A stretch of 32,000 bases of DNA from Xylella taiwanensis (GTDB lineage Bacteria; Pseudomonadota; Gammaproteobacteria; Xanthomonadales; Xanthomonadaceae): positions 1,350,001 to 1,382,000 of the forward strand of contig NZ_CP053627.1 of assembly GCF_013177435.1 (NCBI RefSeq), written 5' to 3'. The translations under genes and the position numbers were made by a program. This document shows, one piece after another, positions 9,404 through 18,315 of this stretch. Below the pieces are notes generated by a model that saw only the letters and a list, made by a program, of their open reading frames with translations, made no database searches and was not told the DNA's origin. Position 1 is the first letter of the stretch. The number at the start of each line of letters is the position of its first letter.

Positions 9404-9430
9404 GCGCCGCCGCTTGACGGTCAGCGGCGC
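9404..9430. terminator. GC-rich hairpin between the convergent HIT and Slp genes
   Basis: GCGCCGC (9404-9410) pairs with GCGGCGC (9424-9430) over a 13-nt loop. No clean U-tract is present on either side, so function as an intrinsic terminator is uncertain. Confidence 0.4.
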
Positions 9431-9456
9431 GTGCCTTACCTACAGAGTGGTAGCTC

Positions 9457-9978
9457 TCACCACCACCAGCGAGGATGACCCCAGCCCCATGGCCCCATCG
9501 GGCCCCATGGGCCATACGGATAGACGGGTACAACTTCAATTTCGCGTATCACTGGCCACAGATAGATGACGTCGGCGGCGACTTTGGGAAGCCTGTAATC
9601 GTATTCGCCGATGCGTGTGTTTTCGTAGCTCTCAATTTTTCCGATGAAAGTCACTTCACGGCCAGGCTCGAAGACCGCTGGATCGTAAAAGCCGTTACGG
9701 CAGGCGATGAAACGACCGTCGTTGGCGTCGCCGGTATCACTGTCCGGACGGCCCGATGGACTGAGCTGGCGTGACATCATCTCGAAGCAAGTCTGGCCAT
9801 GGGTAGGTATGGTTTTGATAATCTTGCCACCCCAGCGCACTAGAGTGCCGATCTGGGCATTGGTGACGGAGTCACGTGGTGTGATTGTGCTGAACTGTCC
9901 TTGCAGTGGCTTTGGCACGGTCACACAGGCAGCCAACGCCAAAAGGGTGATCAGTGGAACAAGCAAACGTGTTCTCAA
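9457..9978 (-). CDS. Slp-family outer membrane lipoprotein
   Basis: The lipobox is LLALAAC, with the Cys codon at c9927. Conserved Slp blocks are VRWGGKIIKT, GRFIACRNGFYDPAVF..GREVTFIGKI and YLWPV, with a W/G/P-rich tail. The start is ambiguous. TTG c9978 has GGAG 9 nt upstream and gives MRTRLLVPLITLLALAAC. ATG c10020 and ATG c10062 are also open. Confidence 0.8.
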   Translation of the reverse strand: MRTRLLVPLITLLALAACVTVPKPLQGQFSTITPRDSVTNAQIGTLVRWGGKIIKTIPTHGQTCFEMMSRQLSPSGRPDSDTGDANDGRFIACRNGFYDPAVFEPGREVTFIGKIESYENTRIGEYDYRLPKVAADVIYLWPVIREIEVVPVYPYGPWGPMGPWGWGHPRWWW

Positions 9979-11917
9979 TTTCAGGTGCTCCGGTATGCGG
10001 GCGATGTTGCAGCAAAGCATGGATGAGAGTGTGGTCCAAATGGTTGCAATTATAACGTGCATTGGTGAAACGCTGGCTGAGTGTATATAAGCCGATGCCA
10101 GGATACTGTTGTTCGACTCGTTTCGCCCAAACCAGTGCTGGTTCGTGCTGTTTACGTTCTAGACCAAGACGCGCATAGCGGCGACCGAGCCGACGCCAAG
10201 CGCGTAGTAGCGGATCGCGTTCTCGCTCGCCACGGGCCAGCCACCACGCCATCCAGCTCAGTGCAATTGATGCGAATGCGATAAACAATATGATCAGTTG
10301 AGATACATGCAGATGGTCGATGCCGAATGGGTGCAGCAATTGTTGTTGGCGTTTGGCGTCGAAGCTTAATACCAAGTCGTTCCAACTGCTTCGCAACCAG
10401 TCTCTCATGTCAGCTAATCGCCAATTGCCGTCTATGTTGGTGCCGATATTGTTCTGTCCCAAGCGATCTTCCAACGTATCGTGAATCCGTTCGGGTGCCA
10501 CAGCTATAGTCGGGTCAACTCTTACCCAGCCACGTTGCGGTAGCCAGATCTCAGCCCAAGCGTGGGCGTCCATACGGCGTATCACCCAATAATGGCCCAA
10601 ATGGTTGTAGACGCCACCGACATAGCCGGTTACCACGCGTGCAGGAATACCAGACGCACGCATCAGCACGACAAATGCAGAAGCGAAATGTTCGCAGAAG
10701 CCCGCTTTGTCGCGAAATAGAAACTCATCCACCGCGTGACGGCCTGGCGGTGCTGTGGCCAAAGTGTAAGTAAATTCGCTGCGTACCCACTTCAGTGCGC
10801 GCTGCACGATGGCTGCATCGTCATGACCGGCCTCCTGCCGCCATTGCCGACCCAACGCTACTGTGCGTGGATTAAAGTCAAGAGGAAGAGCGAGTGCGCG
10901 TTGATGCTGCGTTTCTGTGAGTGTTTCCTCGAAACTGGTCGGTGATGCTGATTGCAGTTGCCAGCGTGTGATTGCAGTCAGGGGACCCTCCGACAGTAAG
11001 CTACGTTCGGCGGTCAGGCGTGCGCCGACGGGTGCGGCCAGTGGCAGATCGAGTGCGACTAAGTAGTGGCGATCGGTTGGTTCGTAATCCATGCTGTAGT
11101 TGAAGTGTTGCGTACCTGACACTAAGGGTGTCGGCGGTGTTAAATCGACATGCGATGTCGCTTGCCAGCTACGCCCATCGAAGTCCCACATCACCGGTCC
11201 GCGCCAGTAACGCTGCTCCGGTGGTGGTGTTGGACCATTGAAACTTACGCGCAGTGCAGGGGTGTCGTCGCTCATCAGATCGACCCAGGTGTCGAGCGCC
11301 ATCCTGTCTGACAATCCGGGACGTGCCAGTGTGCGCTCTGGAACACCCCATAGCGGTGCATCCAAGCGTGGCAGCAACCAAAATGCGGCCAGAGCCAGTG
11401 GCACTCCCAGCACAGTCAGTTTGCCGATGCTGAATAGTTGGGACCGCAGTAGAAGTGCCGGAACCTGACTTTGTTCTTGGGCTAAGTACTGCATTGACAG
11501 CAGTGCAGCAGGCACAACGAGCAATGCAAATATCATGGTTGCCGGTCCTTGGTCGAGTAGGAATGCGGCAAACGGTGAGAACAGAGCAAAACCGAGTAGG
11601 CTGCGTGCATCCCGCAGGCTGTGTAGTTCTGAGGTTTTAATAGCCAGCATTGCCGCCAGCACCGCACATCCGGTATCACGGTCAAAGCGTATCTCCGTTT
11701 GCCAAGACACCATGCCGAGCATCGTTATCACCAGCAGTATCCGCACAGGTGCCCAAAGCGCTTTACGCCAAGTGAGTGTGTCAACGGCCAGTGCCATCAC
11801 CACGATGCCTAACGACAGAGGGCGCGGCATCTGTAGTAACAACGGTGTCAGTGCGATCCAGGCAGTGACCAGCACACAGGCACGGCTTGCGGGAGAAGGC
11901 GAATTTGGTTTAGGCAT
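9872..11917 (-). CDS. TgpA-like membrane transglutaminase (N-terminal multi-TM domain, transglutaminase core, DUF4129-like tail)
   Basis: The N-terminal third is hydrophobic. The catalytic core has Cys in GFCEHFASAFVVLMRASGIPARVVTGY, His in DAHAWAEIWL and Asp in GWVRVDPT. A further TM segment and an Arg-rich tail follow. The preferred start ATG c11917 overlaps the DUF58 stop as ATGCCTAA. Confidence 0.85.
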   Translation of the reverse strand: MPKPNSPSPASRACVLVTAWIALTPLLLQMPRPLSLGIVVMALAVDTLTWRKALWAPVRILLVITMLGMVSWQTEIRFDRDTGCAVLAAMLAIKTSELHSLRDARSLLGFALFSPFAAFLLDQGPATMIFALLVVPAALLSMQYLAQEQSQVPALLLRSQLFSIGKLTVLGVPLALAAFWLLPRLDAPLWGVPERTLARPGLSDRMALDTWVDLMSDDTPALRVSFNGPTPPPEQRYWRGPVMWDFDGRSWQATSHVDLTPPTPLVSGTQHFNYSMDYEPTDRHYLVALDLPLAAPVGARLTAERSLLSEGPLTAITRWQLQSASPTSFEETLTETQHQRALALPLDFNPRTVALGRQWRQEAGHDDAAIVQRALKWVRSEFTYTLATAPPGRHAVDEFLFRDKAGFCEHFASAFVVLMRASGIPARVVTGYVGGVYNHLGHYWVIRRMDAHAWAEIWLPQRGWVRVDPTIAVAPERIHDTLEDRLGQNNIGTNIDGNWRLADMRDWLRSSWNDLVLSFDAKRQQQLLHPFGIDHLHVSQLIILFIAFASIALSWMAWWLARGERERDPLLRAWRRLGRRYARLGLERKQHEPALVWAKRVEQQYPGIGLYTLSQRFTNARYNCNHLDHTLIHALLQHRPHTGAPEIENTFACSTDHPFGVGCLCDRAKATARTVQHNHTT

Positions 11918-12869
11918 TTGGTAAAAGAGCCAGCATGCGCAAGCAACCGTGGTGGTGGTGGGCACCTTGGCCATAGCCCAATTCAGGATGGCCGGGAAGA
12001 GACAAACGGTAGCGCCAGCCTTCCCGCTCGGCTTCATTGACCCAACGTGTCAGGCGTGCGATGCGATGCTCATAGGGCAGGGTGTACAGTTGGTTCCAGT
12101 CCAGCAGTACTTCCGAGCCGACAGGCTGTTGATACTCACGTACCAAGAGTGCGCTGCGCCGTGCTGAGTGCTTCCAGGCGATGGTACGGGCGGCATCGCC
12201 AGGGCGATACGAGCGTAATTGGTGCATTTCTTCGTTCTGCACGCCGTGTCGCCAAGTGTGCGCTCTATGGCCATCGTTGATCGGAGGTGGTGGACCGCTT
12301 TGTTCCGCAGATGGATACACCAGCAGAGGCTGTTCCGGCCATACCCAGGACCAAGCCATGATCAACCCTAGTGGCTGCACAGTGGAGATCCGAATGCGTG
12401 ACAATCTGCGCCAGCCACGGTGCGTACTAGTCACCTTCAGGTTGACTTCGACAGACACTCCTGGAGAAAGCGAGCAATACGTTTGTACGTCTTCATGCTT
12501 CAAGTGCAGCCCCGGACGAGGGCGAGGTTGGGCACTGTCCAGCAGGAGTCGCATCCGCAGCGGTTGTCCGGCGGCGACCGGTTTGGATGGGAGTATTTCC
12601 AAACAAAGCCCAGCGAGCTGTAGATGTGTGGCCAATGCACTGCCAATGCCAGCTCCGCTGAGCAGCAGTGCCAATAGGAGTGCCATGTTGTTGTTGTAGT
12701 TCAGTCCTCCTACTAGCATCGCTATCATTAAGATCGCAAAGAATAGGCCGAAAGGAGTGGGCAGCATGTAAATACGCTGCCGATCCAGTGTTACCGGCAT
12801 AGATTCGGGGCCGTGCGGGCGTGCCAGCATCCCAGCACGTTGGATCCAGTGGCGTAGGAGTGTGCGCAC
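11910..12869 (-). CDS. DUF58 family protein (MoxR-associated)
   Basis: Two N-terminal TM helices are present (LPTPFGLFFAILMIAMLVGGL, LLLALLLSGAGIGSALA). The DUF58 signature is HQLRSYRPGDAARTIAWKHSAR. A GTG start at c12869 lies 2 nt after the MoxR stop. Confidence 0.8.
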   Translation of the reverse strand: MRTLLRHWIQRAGMLARPHGPESMPVTLDRQRIYMLPTPFGLFFAILMIAMLVGGLNYNNNMALLLALLLSGAGIGSALATHLQLAGLCLEILPSKPVAAGQPLRMRLLLDSAQPRPRPGLHLKHEDVQTYCSLSPGVSVEVNLKVTSTHRGWRRLSRIRISTVQPLGLIMAWSWVWPEQPLLVYPSAEQSGPPPPINDGHRAHTWRHGVQNEEMHQLRSYRPGDAARTIAWKHSARRSALLVREYQQPVGSEVLLDWNQLYTLPYEHRIARLTRWVNEAEREGWRYRLSLPGHPELGYGQGAHHHHGCLRMLALLPNA

Positions 12870-12871
12870 GC

Positions 12872-13825
12872 TCAGTCCACGGGCACGCTGTACAGCAATG
12901 TCTTAGCCAGCTCTAGTCCGGTGGAAGCGGTTTCGGCTTCTGGCACCAGACGGTGTCCGGCGACTGCAACGAAGAGTGCTTGAATGTCCTCCGGTAGCAC
13001 GTACTCACGACCTGAGAGCAGTGCGTAGGCTTTCGCTGCGCGCAGCAGGGCAATGCCAGCACGCGGAGACAAACCTACACGCACGCCAGTCTGCTGGCGA
13101 CTTCGCAACAACAGTGCTTGCACGTAGTTAATCAGTGCATCGCTGACGTGTACTCGAAGCACTGTTTGGCGCAACAGGATCACCTCTGCCTCTTTCAGTC
13201 GTGGCACGGTGTTTGCAATAAGTTCTCGTCGATCCATGCCGGATAGCAGAGTACATTCAGCCTCGACGCTGGGGTAACCCAGGCTGAGTCTCAGCAAAAA
13301 GCGATCCAATTGCGAATCTGGCAGTGGGAAAGTGCCGTACAGGTCAACAGGGTTCTGAGTGGCAATCACTAAGAACGGTTCCGACAGCGGGCGAGTGACA
13401 CCATCAAGGGTGACTTGTTGTTCAGCCATCGCTTCCAGGAGTGCACTTTGCGTGCGTGGTGGTGCTCGGTTGATCTCATCGGCCAGCAACACATGGGTGA
13501 ATACTGGGCCTGGATGGAACTCAAACTGCTGATTCTGTGTGTTGTATACCGAGATCCCAAGCACATCGGCCGGCATCAGATCGGAGGTGAACTGCACACG
13601 GCGAAAGTGCAATCCCAGGCTCGAGGCTAATGCGTGCGCCAGGGTGGTTTTACCTAGACCGGGCAGGTCTTCCAGCAACAAATGACCGCCGGACAGCAAT
13701 GCGACGAAGGCAAGACGCACTTCCTGCTGTTTACCAAGCAACATGGTATTGACTTGATGCTGCGCGTCCTCAAGCGAGTGGTATAGCGTATCGGTTAGCA
13801 TTCCTTGAATCGATGGTAGGGGCAT
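12872..13825 (-). CDS. MoxR-family AAA+ ATPase
   Basis: Walker A is LEDLPGLGKTTLA, Walker B is VLLADEINRAPPRTQSALLEAM, followed by FLVIATQNP and the sensor region. Possible starts are ATG c13825, c13801 or c13873. Confidence 0.9.
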   Translation of the reverse strand: MPLPSIQGMLTDTLYHSLEDAQHQVNTMLLGKQQEVRLAFVALLSGGHLLLEDLPGLGKTTLAHALASSLGLHFRRVQFTSDLMPADVLGISVYNTQNQQFEFHPGPVFTHVLLADEINRAPPRTQSALLEAMAEQQVTLDGVTRPLSEPFLVIATQNPVDLYGTFPLPDSQLDRFLLRLSLGYPSVEAECTLLSGMDRRELIANTVPRLKEAEVILLRQTVLRVHVSDALINYVQALLLRSRQQTGVRVGLSPRAGIALLRAAKAYALLSGREYVLPEDIQALFVAVAGHRLVPEAETASTGLELAKTLLYSVPVD

Positions 13826-13834
13826 TACGATCCA

Positions 13835-15688
13835 GTGTCTAAAGAACGGGTGGAGGTCATCCAGGTAGATCAACGTGCCTATCGGGCATTTGTGATCCTG
13901 TGGGCCCTGGCGACTGCCGTCAAGTTAGTGATCGCGGCGCGGTTACCGCTGTTTGTTGACGAGGCATTCTACTGGCAGGAAGGCCAACATTGGGCATTGG
14001 CTTATTCGGATCTTCCAGGGATGACGGCATGGCTCACCAGACTGGGTGTCATGCTGGGTGGGCATCATTTGTTGGCGTTGCGCTTGCCATTTCTTGTAAT
14101 CGCCGCGCTGCTGCCGTGGTTGGTCGCACATATTGCTACACGCTGGTTCGGTCCTTCGTTGGGTTGGCGTGCTGGCATGCTGACCCTGCTGATGCCGTTA
14201 TCGGCCACGCTCGGTATTCTCGCTCTCCCGGATGTGCCGATGGCGTTGGCTGTGGTGTTTTGCCTGGACGCTGGGGCGCGTTTGTTGCGTGACATCGATG
14301 CGATCAGTGTTCTGGAATTGGCGACGGGTTTGTTGCTGGGTGCGTTGAGTCACTACCGTTTTATCGGTGTGATTGGGATCGGATTAATCGCGTTGTTGTG
14401 TATGCCGCAGGGACGTGCATTGCTGCGCGATCCGCGGCTATGGATTGCGCTTATTGTCGGTGCGTTGGGTTGGCTACCTCTGTTGCTATGGAACTTCGAC
14501 AACCAGGAGGCTGGGCTGCGCTTCCAATTTATTGAACGTCACCCATGGAGTTTTCAAGTCAAAGGTGCGGTGTTTCTGTTGATTCAGACACTGCTAGTCA
14601 CGCCGTTGCTCGCCTATGCAATGGTGCGGGTGGCTTGGCTCGCGGTGCGTGGCAGTGGGCGTGTACAGTGGCGTTACTTCGGTTTACTCGGCGGCATCTC
14701 CACTCTGGGGATCTTTTTGCTCGGGTTCTTTACCGATAATGAGCGAGTCAGCTTTCATTGGACACTTCCGGGTTATTTCGCTTTGCTGATCGTTGTCCCG
14801 CAGGTACTGATGAATTGGCCGCGACACTGGCGGCGTGGCGCCTGGGGACTGGCGGTCATTGGGACGCTCAGTGCTTACGGCTATTACTTGGCAGTATCGG
14901 TACCGGCGTTGCGGGAACGCAGTGCTGGAAGGAAGTATTACCCGCGCAATTTTGCTGGCTGGGATGCGCTCGCTGAGGCCGTACGTGCTGAACTGATGCT
15001 GCAGCCAGGTACACGCATCTTGGCGGGCAACTTTAAGGTTGGTGCTGAACTAGGTTTCCGGCTGCGTGACCCACGCATTGAGGTACTGGCCTCATCACTC
15101 AACGATCGCCACGGACGTACCGCACAAATGCGTCAGTGGGGGCTGTTGAATCAGAGTACACACGAAGGTAGACGTCTGTTGGTACTGTCGCCGAGTGACA
15201 TGCGCTACCGTGACCTGTTACAGCATTATCATGAGGTCTGCGCGATGGTTGGCCCACTGCCACCCCCACAGATCGTTTCGACCGATCATGGTTACCAGCG
15301 TTTCTTGTTGTTCCGGTTGCCGGTACAGCGCACGTCCGGACAATGCGTAACACCAGCAATGGCTTGGATCGATCAGCCGTTGTCCGATGCGGTGGTATCT
15401 GATGCATTCCAGGTCACTGGATGGGCTTTTAAGGATGGTGTGGGTTTGGCGGGAGTGGATATCTTGCTTGATGGGCAAGTTGCGGCTCAGGCTGACTATG
15501 GTCTATTGCGGGACGTGCGTGATTACTGGCGTATCTCGACTGATCCCAGCCACCCACGGGTAGGTTTTCGTGGACAAGTGAACTTCCGCATGTTATCCCC
15601 GGGTCGGCATTGGCTCGGACTACGTCTCCATGGGCGTGATGGTAGTGTCGAAGATTGGACAGAGCAGCCGTTACGTATCTCCCGTTAA
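13835..15688 (+). CDS. Family-39 (ArnT/PMT-like) membrane glycosyltransferase with an extra C-terminal soluble domain
   Basis: The DEAFYW motif follows the first TM helix. It is followed by about 11-12 hydrophobic segments out to roughly residue 340. A soluble region follows, and the last ~120 aa have a beta-rich pattern (FQVTGWAFKDGVGLAGVDILLDGQVAAQADYGL.RDV...GFRG......LSPGRHWLGLRLHGRDG). The start is uncertain, with in-frame GTGs at 13835, 13850 and 13892. Confidence 0.7.
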   Translation: MSKERVEVIQVDQRAYRAFVILWALATAVKLVIAARLPLFVDEAFYWQEGQHWALAYSDLPGMTAWLTRLGVMLGGHHLLALRLPFLVIAALLPWLVAHIATRWFGPSLGWRAGMLTLLMPLSATLGILALPDVPMALAVVFCLDAGARLLRDIDAISVLELATGLLLGALSHYRFIGVIGIGLIALLCMPQGRALLRDPRLWIALIVGALGWLPLLLWNFDNQEAGLRFQFIERHPWSFQVKGAVFLLIQTLLVTPLLAYAMVRVAWLAVRGSGRVQWRYFGLLGGISTLGIFLLGFFTDNERVSFHWTLPGYFALLIVVPQVLMNWPRHWRRGAWGLAVIGTLSAYGYYLAVSVPALRERSAGRKYYPRNFAGWDALAEAVRAELMLQPGTRILAGNFKVGAELGFRLRDPRIEVLASSLNDRHGRTAQMRQWGLLNQSTHEGRRLLVLSPSDMRYRDLLQHYHEVCAMVGPLPPPQIVSTDHGYQRFLLFRLPVQRTSGQCVTPAMAWIDQPLSDAVVSDAFQVTGWAFKDGVGLAGVDILLDGQVAAQADYGLLRDVRDYWRISTDPSHPRVGFRGQVNFRMLSPGRHWLGLRLHGRDGSVEDWTEQPLRISR

Positions 15689-16196
15689 TAATGGCATGTA
15701 TCTGTGTTCCCTCCATCACGCTCAATGCATTCGACGGGATGAATCTTGCTTTGATTATCTCAGTATTCCTTCAAGAATATTATGATTTCGAAGAAATATA
15801 CGTTTTTCTTTCGGTTTTCATATCATCCAGAGCATGTCCACAATGTCGAAAAAGATGAAAGTGATGCCGTTATTTTATTACCGGAATGGGAATTGATGAT
15901 TTCGCTTACTACTCTGGCCAGAATAGAGAAGCAGTCCATATTTAATTCATACAATTTTTAAACGGTGTGTGGTTACAACATTTGTACAAGTCCATGATAT
16001 TTAAGTCGAATGTTCCTACGCATATCAATATCACAGGAGTATCTCGTCATTGCCTGGGGCTAAAATTTGGCAGGTGTTATTGTTTATACCATCGCGCTAA
16101 TTTTGCGCCAGTTTGCAGGTCAATGCTATCAATGGCTAGCGCCAGGATTGTTCTGATTTGACAATACTGGTCTCTATCCTTAGGATGCCGTAGCTT

Positions 16197-16706
16197 ATGA
16201 TTGAAAACGTCCCAGAATGGCTGGATACTTGGCGGATGGTCGCTGCCCGCGGGTGTTTTGGTGGGCGGATTCATCTAACCAAGATGAAGCGGTTGGGGGA
16301 TGCGTTACTCGATACCGAAGGTGAGTGTACTTATGTGCTTGAGTTCGGTCATGACGAGGGACTGCAAATAGCTTATGTGGCATTGACCGTGGAGGCGCAG
16401 TTGCCGCTGGAATGCCAGCGCAGTTTGCAACGTTTTCTGTTGCCAGTGCGTGTTAGCCAGCGTATGGGCTTGATTCGCAATGAGGCTGAGGAGTCGGCAC
16501 TCCCACCGGATTACGAGGTACTTCTGGTGCCCGCTAATGGCATGCTACGGCCTGTTGATCTTGTCGAGGATGAACTGTTGTTGGCGATCCCGCTGGTGCC
16601 AGTGGCGTTAGATACCGAAGCAGTGGAAACCAAATGGCCCCCTACTGATCAAGAAACGAATAAGACAAATCCGTTTGCAGTGCTCGCTTCGTTTAAGAGG
16701 CAATAG
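16197..16706 (+). CDS. yceD: YceD (DUF177) 23S rRNA accumulation protein
   Basis: 169 aa with the CxxC-like LECQRSLQRF block, then VDLVEDELLLAIPLVPV and the C-terminal NPFAVLASFKRQ, almost identical to the E. coli YceD tail as I recall it. It lies directly upstream of rpmF, as in E. coli. Confidence 0.9.
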   Translation: MIENVPEWLDTWRMVAARGCFGGRIHLTKMKRLGDALLDTEGECTYVLEFGHDEGLQIAYVALTVEAQLPLECQRSLQRFLLPVRVSQRMGLIRNEAEESALPPDYEVLLVPANGMLRPVDLVEDELLLAIPLVPVALDTEAVETKWPPTDQETNKTNPFAVLASFKRQ

Positions 16707-16804
16707 CCGCTGCTAAGGTTTAGGATAGAAAATGAATTTGAGACGTGTTTTGTCATATGCAACGAAACAATTCAAAGTTATCGCAATAAATCTGGAGTAA
16801 TCCC

Positions 16805-16999
16805 ATGGCTGTGCAAAAATCCCGAGTGACCCCTTCCCGTCGTGGTCAGCGTCGTTCTCACGACAGGTTGACCGCGAGAAAGTTGTCAATTGATCCAACG
16901 ACCGGTGAGGTGCATGTGCGCCACCACGTGACTGCTGATGGTTACTACCGTGGCAAGAAGGTTATTGCGATTAAAACTTCGGTTGTCGAAGAAGATTGA
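16805..16999 (+). CDS. rpmF: 50S ribosomal protein L32
   Basis: [22 protein letters not shown]... is the canonical L32 N-terminus. 64 aa. Confidence 0.95.
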   Translation: MAVQKSRVTPSRRGQRRSHDRLTARKLSIDPTTGEVHVRHHVTADGYYRGKKVIAIKTSVVEED

Positions 17000-17051
17000 T
17001 TGGGGGATGTGGGATACAGAACCTTGCTTGCTTAGTGCATGTGCTTTGGAA

Positions 17052-17080
17052 GTCGCGTCTGTCCCGACGCGGCTTTTTTA
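17052..17080 (+). terminator. Rho-independent terminator between rpmF and fabH
   Basis: Stem GTCGCGTC (17052-17059) / GACGCGGC (17066-17073) has one G-U pair and a 6-nt loop. It is followed by TTTTTT (17074-17079). The fabH RBS AGGAA and ATG 17097 follow. Confidence 0.75.
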
Positions 17081-17096
17081 AATTTAGGAATTCGAT

Positions 17097-18071
17097 ATGA
17101 GCAAGCGAATCTACGCCAGAATCGCAGGCACAGGCGGTTATTTGCCAGAGAAAGTGCTGACCAATGACGATCTGGCGCGGATCGTCGATACCAGCGACGA
17201 ATGGATCCGCACTCGCACCGGTATCCGTGAGCGGCATATTGCTGCCGAAGGCGAAACGACCAGCGACTTGGCTTACGAGGCTGCGATTCGTGCACTTGAA
17301 GCTGCTAATGTGCGGTCCACTGATTTGGATTTGATTGTTGTCGGGACCACCACACCGGACTTGATCTTTCCGTCTACTGCTTGCCTGTTGCAGGCACGTC
17401 TTGGTGCTGTTGGCTGTGGTGCGTTCGACGTTAATGCTGCATGTTCCGGTTTCGTATATGCGTTGAGCGTGGCAGATAAATTTGTGTCTTCGGGCGACTC
17501 TAGAACAGTGTTAGTAGTCGGTGCGGATACCTTGACCCGAATCATAGACTGGAGTGATCGCACTACCTGCGTACTATTTGGGGATGGCGCTGGAGCCGTG
17601 GTGCTTAAGGCTGATGAAGACACAGGCATTCTCAGTACCCACCTGCATGCTGATGGCAGTAAAAAAGAATTGCTTTGGGACCCTATTGGTGTATCAGTTG
17701 GCTTTGGTGAAGGCAAAAATGGCGGCGCCCTGTTGATGAAGGGAAATGAGGTGTTTAAATACGCGGTTAAAGCCCTCGATAGCGTAGTTGACGAAACGCT
17801 AGAAGCTAATCATCTAGATAAACACGAACTGGATTGGTTAATTCCTCACCAAGCTAACCTGCGTATTATCGAAGCTACCGCAAGGCGTTTAGATATGTCG
17901 ATGGATCAGGTGGTGGTCACTGTTGATCGTCACGGCAACACCTCCACGGCTTCGGTGCCACTCGCGCTTGACGAGGCTATCCGTTCTGGTCGTGTGCAGC
18001 GTGGTCAGTTACTGCTTCTGGAAGCGTTTGGTGGTGGTTTTACTTGGGGATCAGCGTTACTGCGTTACTGA
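17097..18071 (+). CDS. fabH: 3-oxoacyl-ACP synthase III
   Basis: 324 aa, colinear with E. coli FabH as recalled: [16 protein letters not shown]...[16 protein letters not shown]. The catalytic Cys is in [11 protein letters not shown], His in [11 protein letters not shown] and Asn in [11 protein letters not shown]. The C-terminus is [16 protein letters not shown]. Confidence 0.95.
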   Translation: MSKRIYARIAGTGGYLPEKVLTNDDLARIVDTSDEWIRTRTGIRERHIAAEGETTSDLAYEAAIRALEAANVRSTDLDLIVVGTTTPDLIFPSTACLLQARLGAVGCGAFDVNAACSGFVYALSVADKFVSSGDSRTVLVVGADTLTRIIDWSDRTTCVLFGDGAGAVVLKADEDTGILSTHLHADGSKKELLWDPIGVSVGFGEGKNGGALLMKGNEVFKYAVKALDSVVDETLEANHLDKHELDWLIPHQANLRIIEATARRLDMSMDQVVVTVDRHGNTSTASVPLALDEAIRSGRVQRGQLLLLEAFGGGFTWGSALLRY

Positions 18072-18315
18072 TCCAATCCGCCAGTGCTTTGGGGCGAGAT
18101 CCTTACCATCTTGGCGTTACTCCTGTCATCCCAAATGTGTGGTGCATGCAGATAGCGTTTTTCCGTCATACGTCATCATTCAGCAGCATAGCGACTATCC
18201 TGATTTGTCAGCACAACAAGAAGTATGTCAATTCCAGAATCTAAAGCATTACCTCTCTGATCACTTAAGCAGCTCGTCGATGAAAATTTAAACAGGTGAT
18301 CCAGTTGGTAATCAC

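Noticed and set aside
16158-16186. A sigma70-like promoter, TTGACA (16158-16163) -17 nt- TAGGAT (16181-16186), upstream of yceD.
   Set aside because: The spacing is good, but it would start transcription only about 4 nt before the yceD ATG. That ATG is well supported by alignment to E. coli YceD. The -10 is also weak, so there is too little evidence to list it as a feature.
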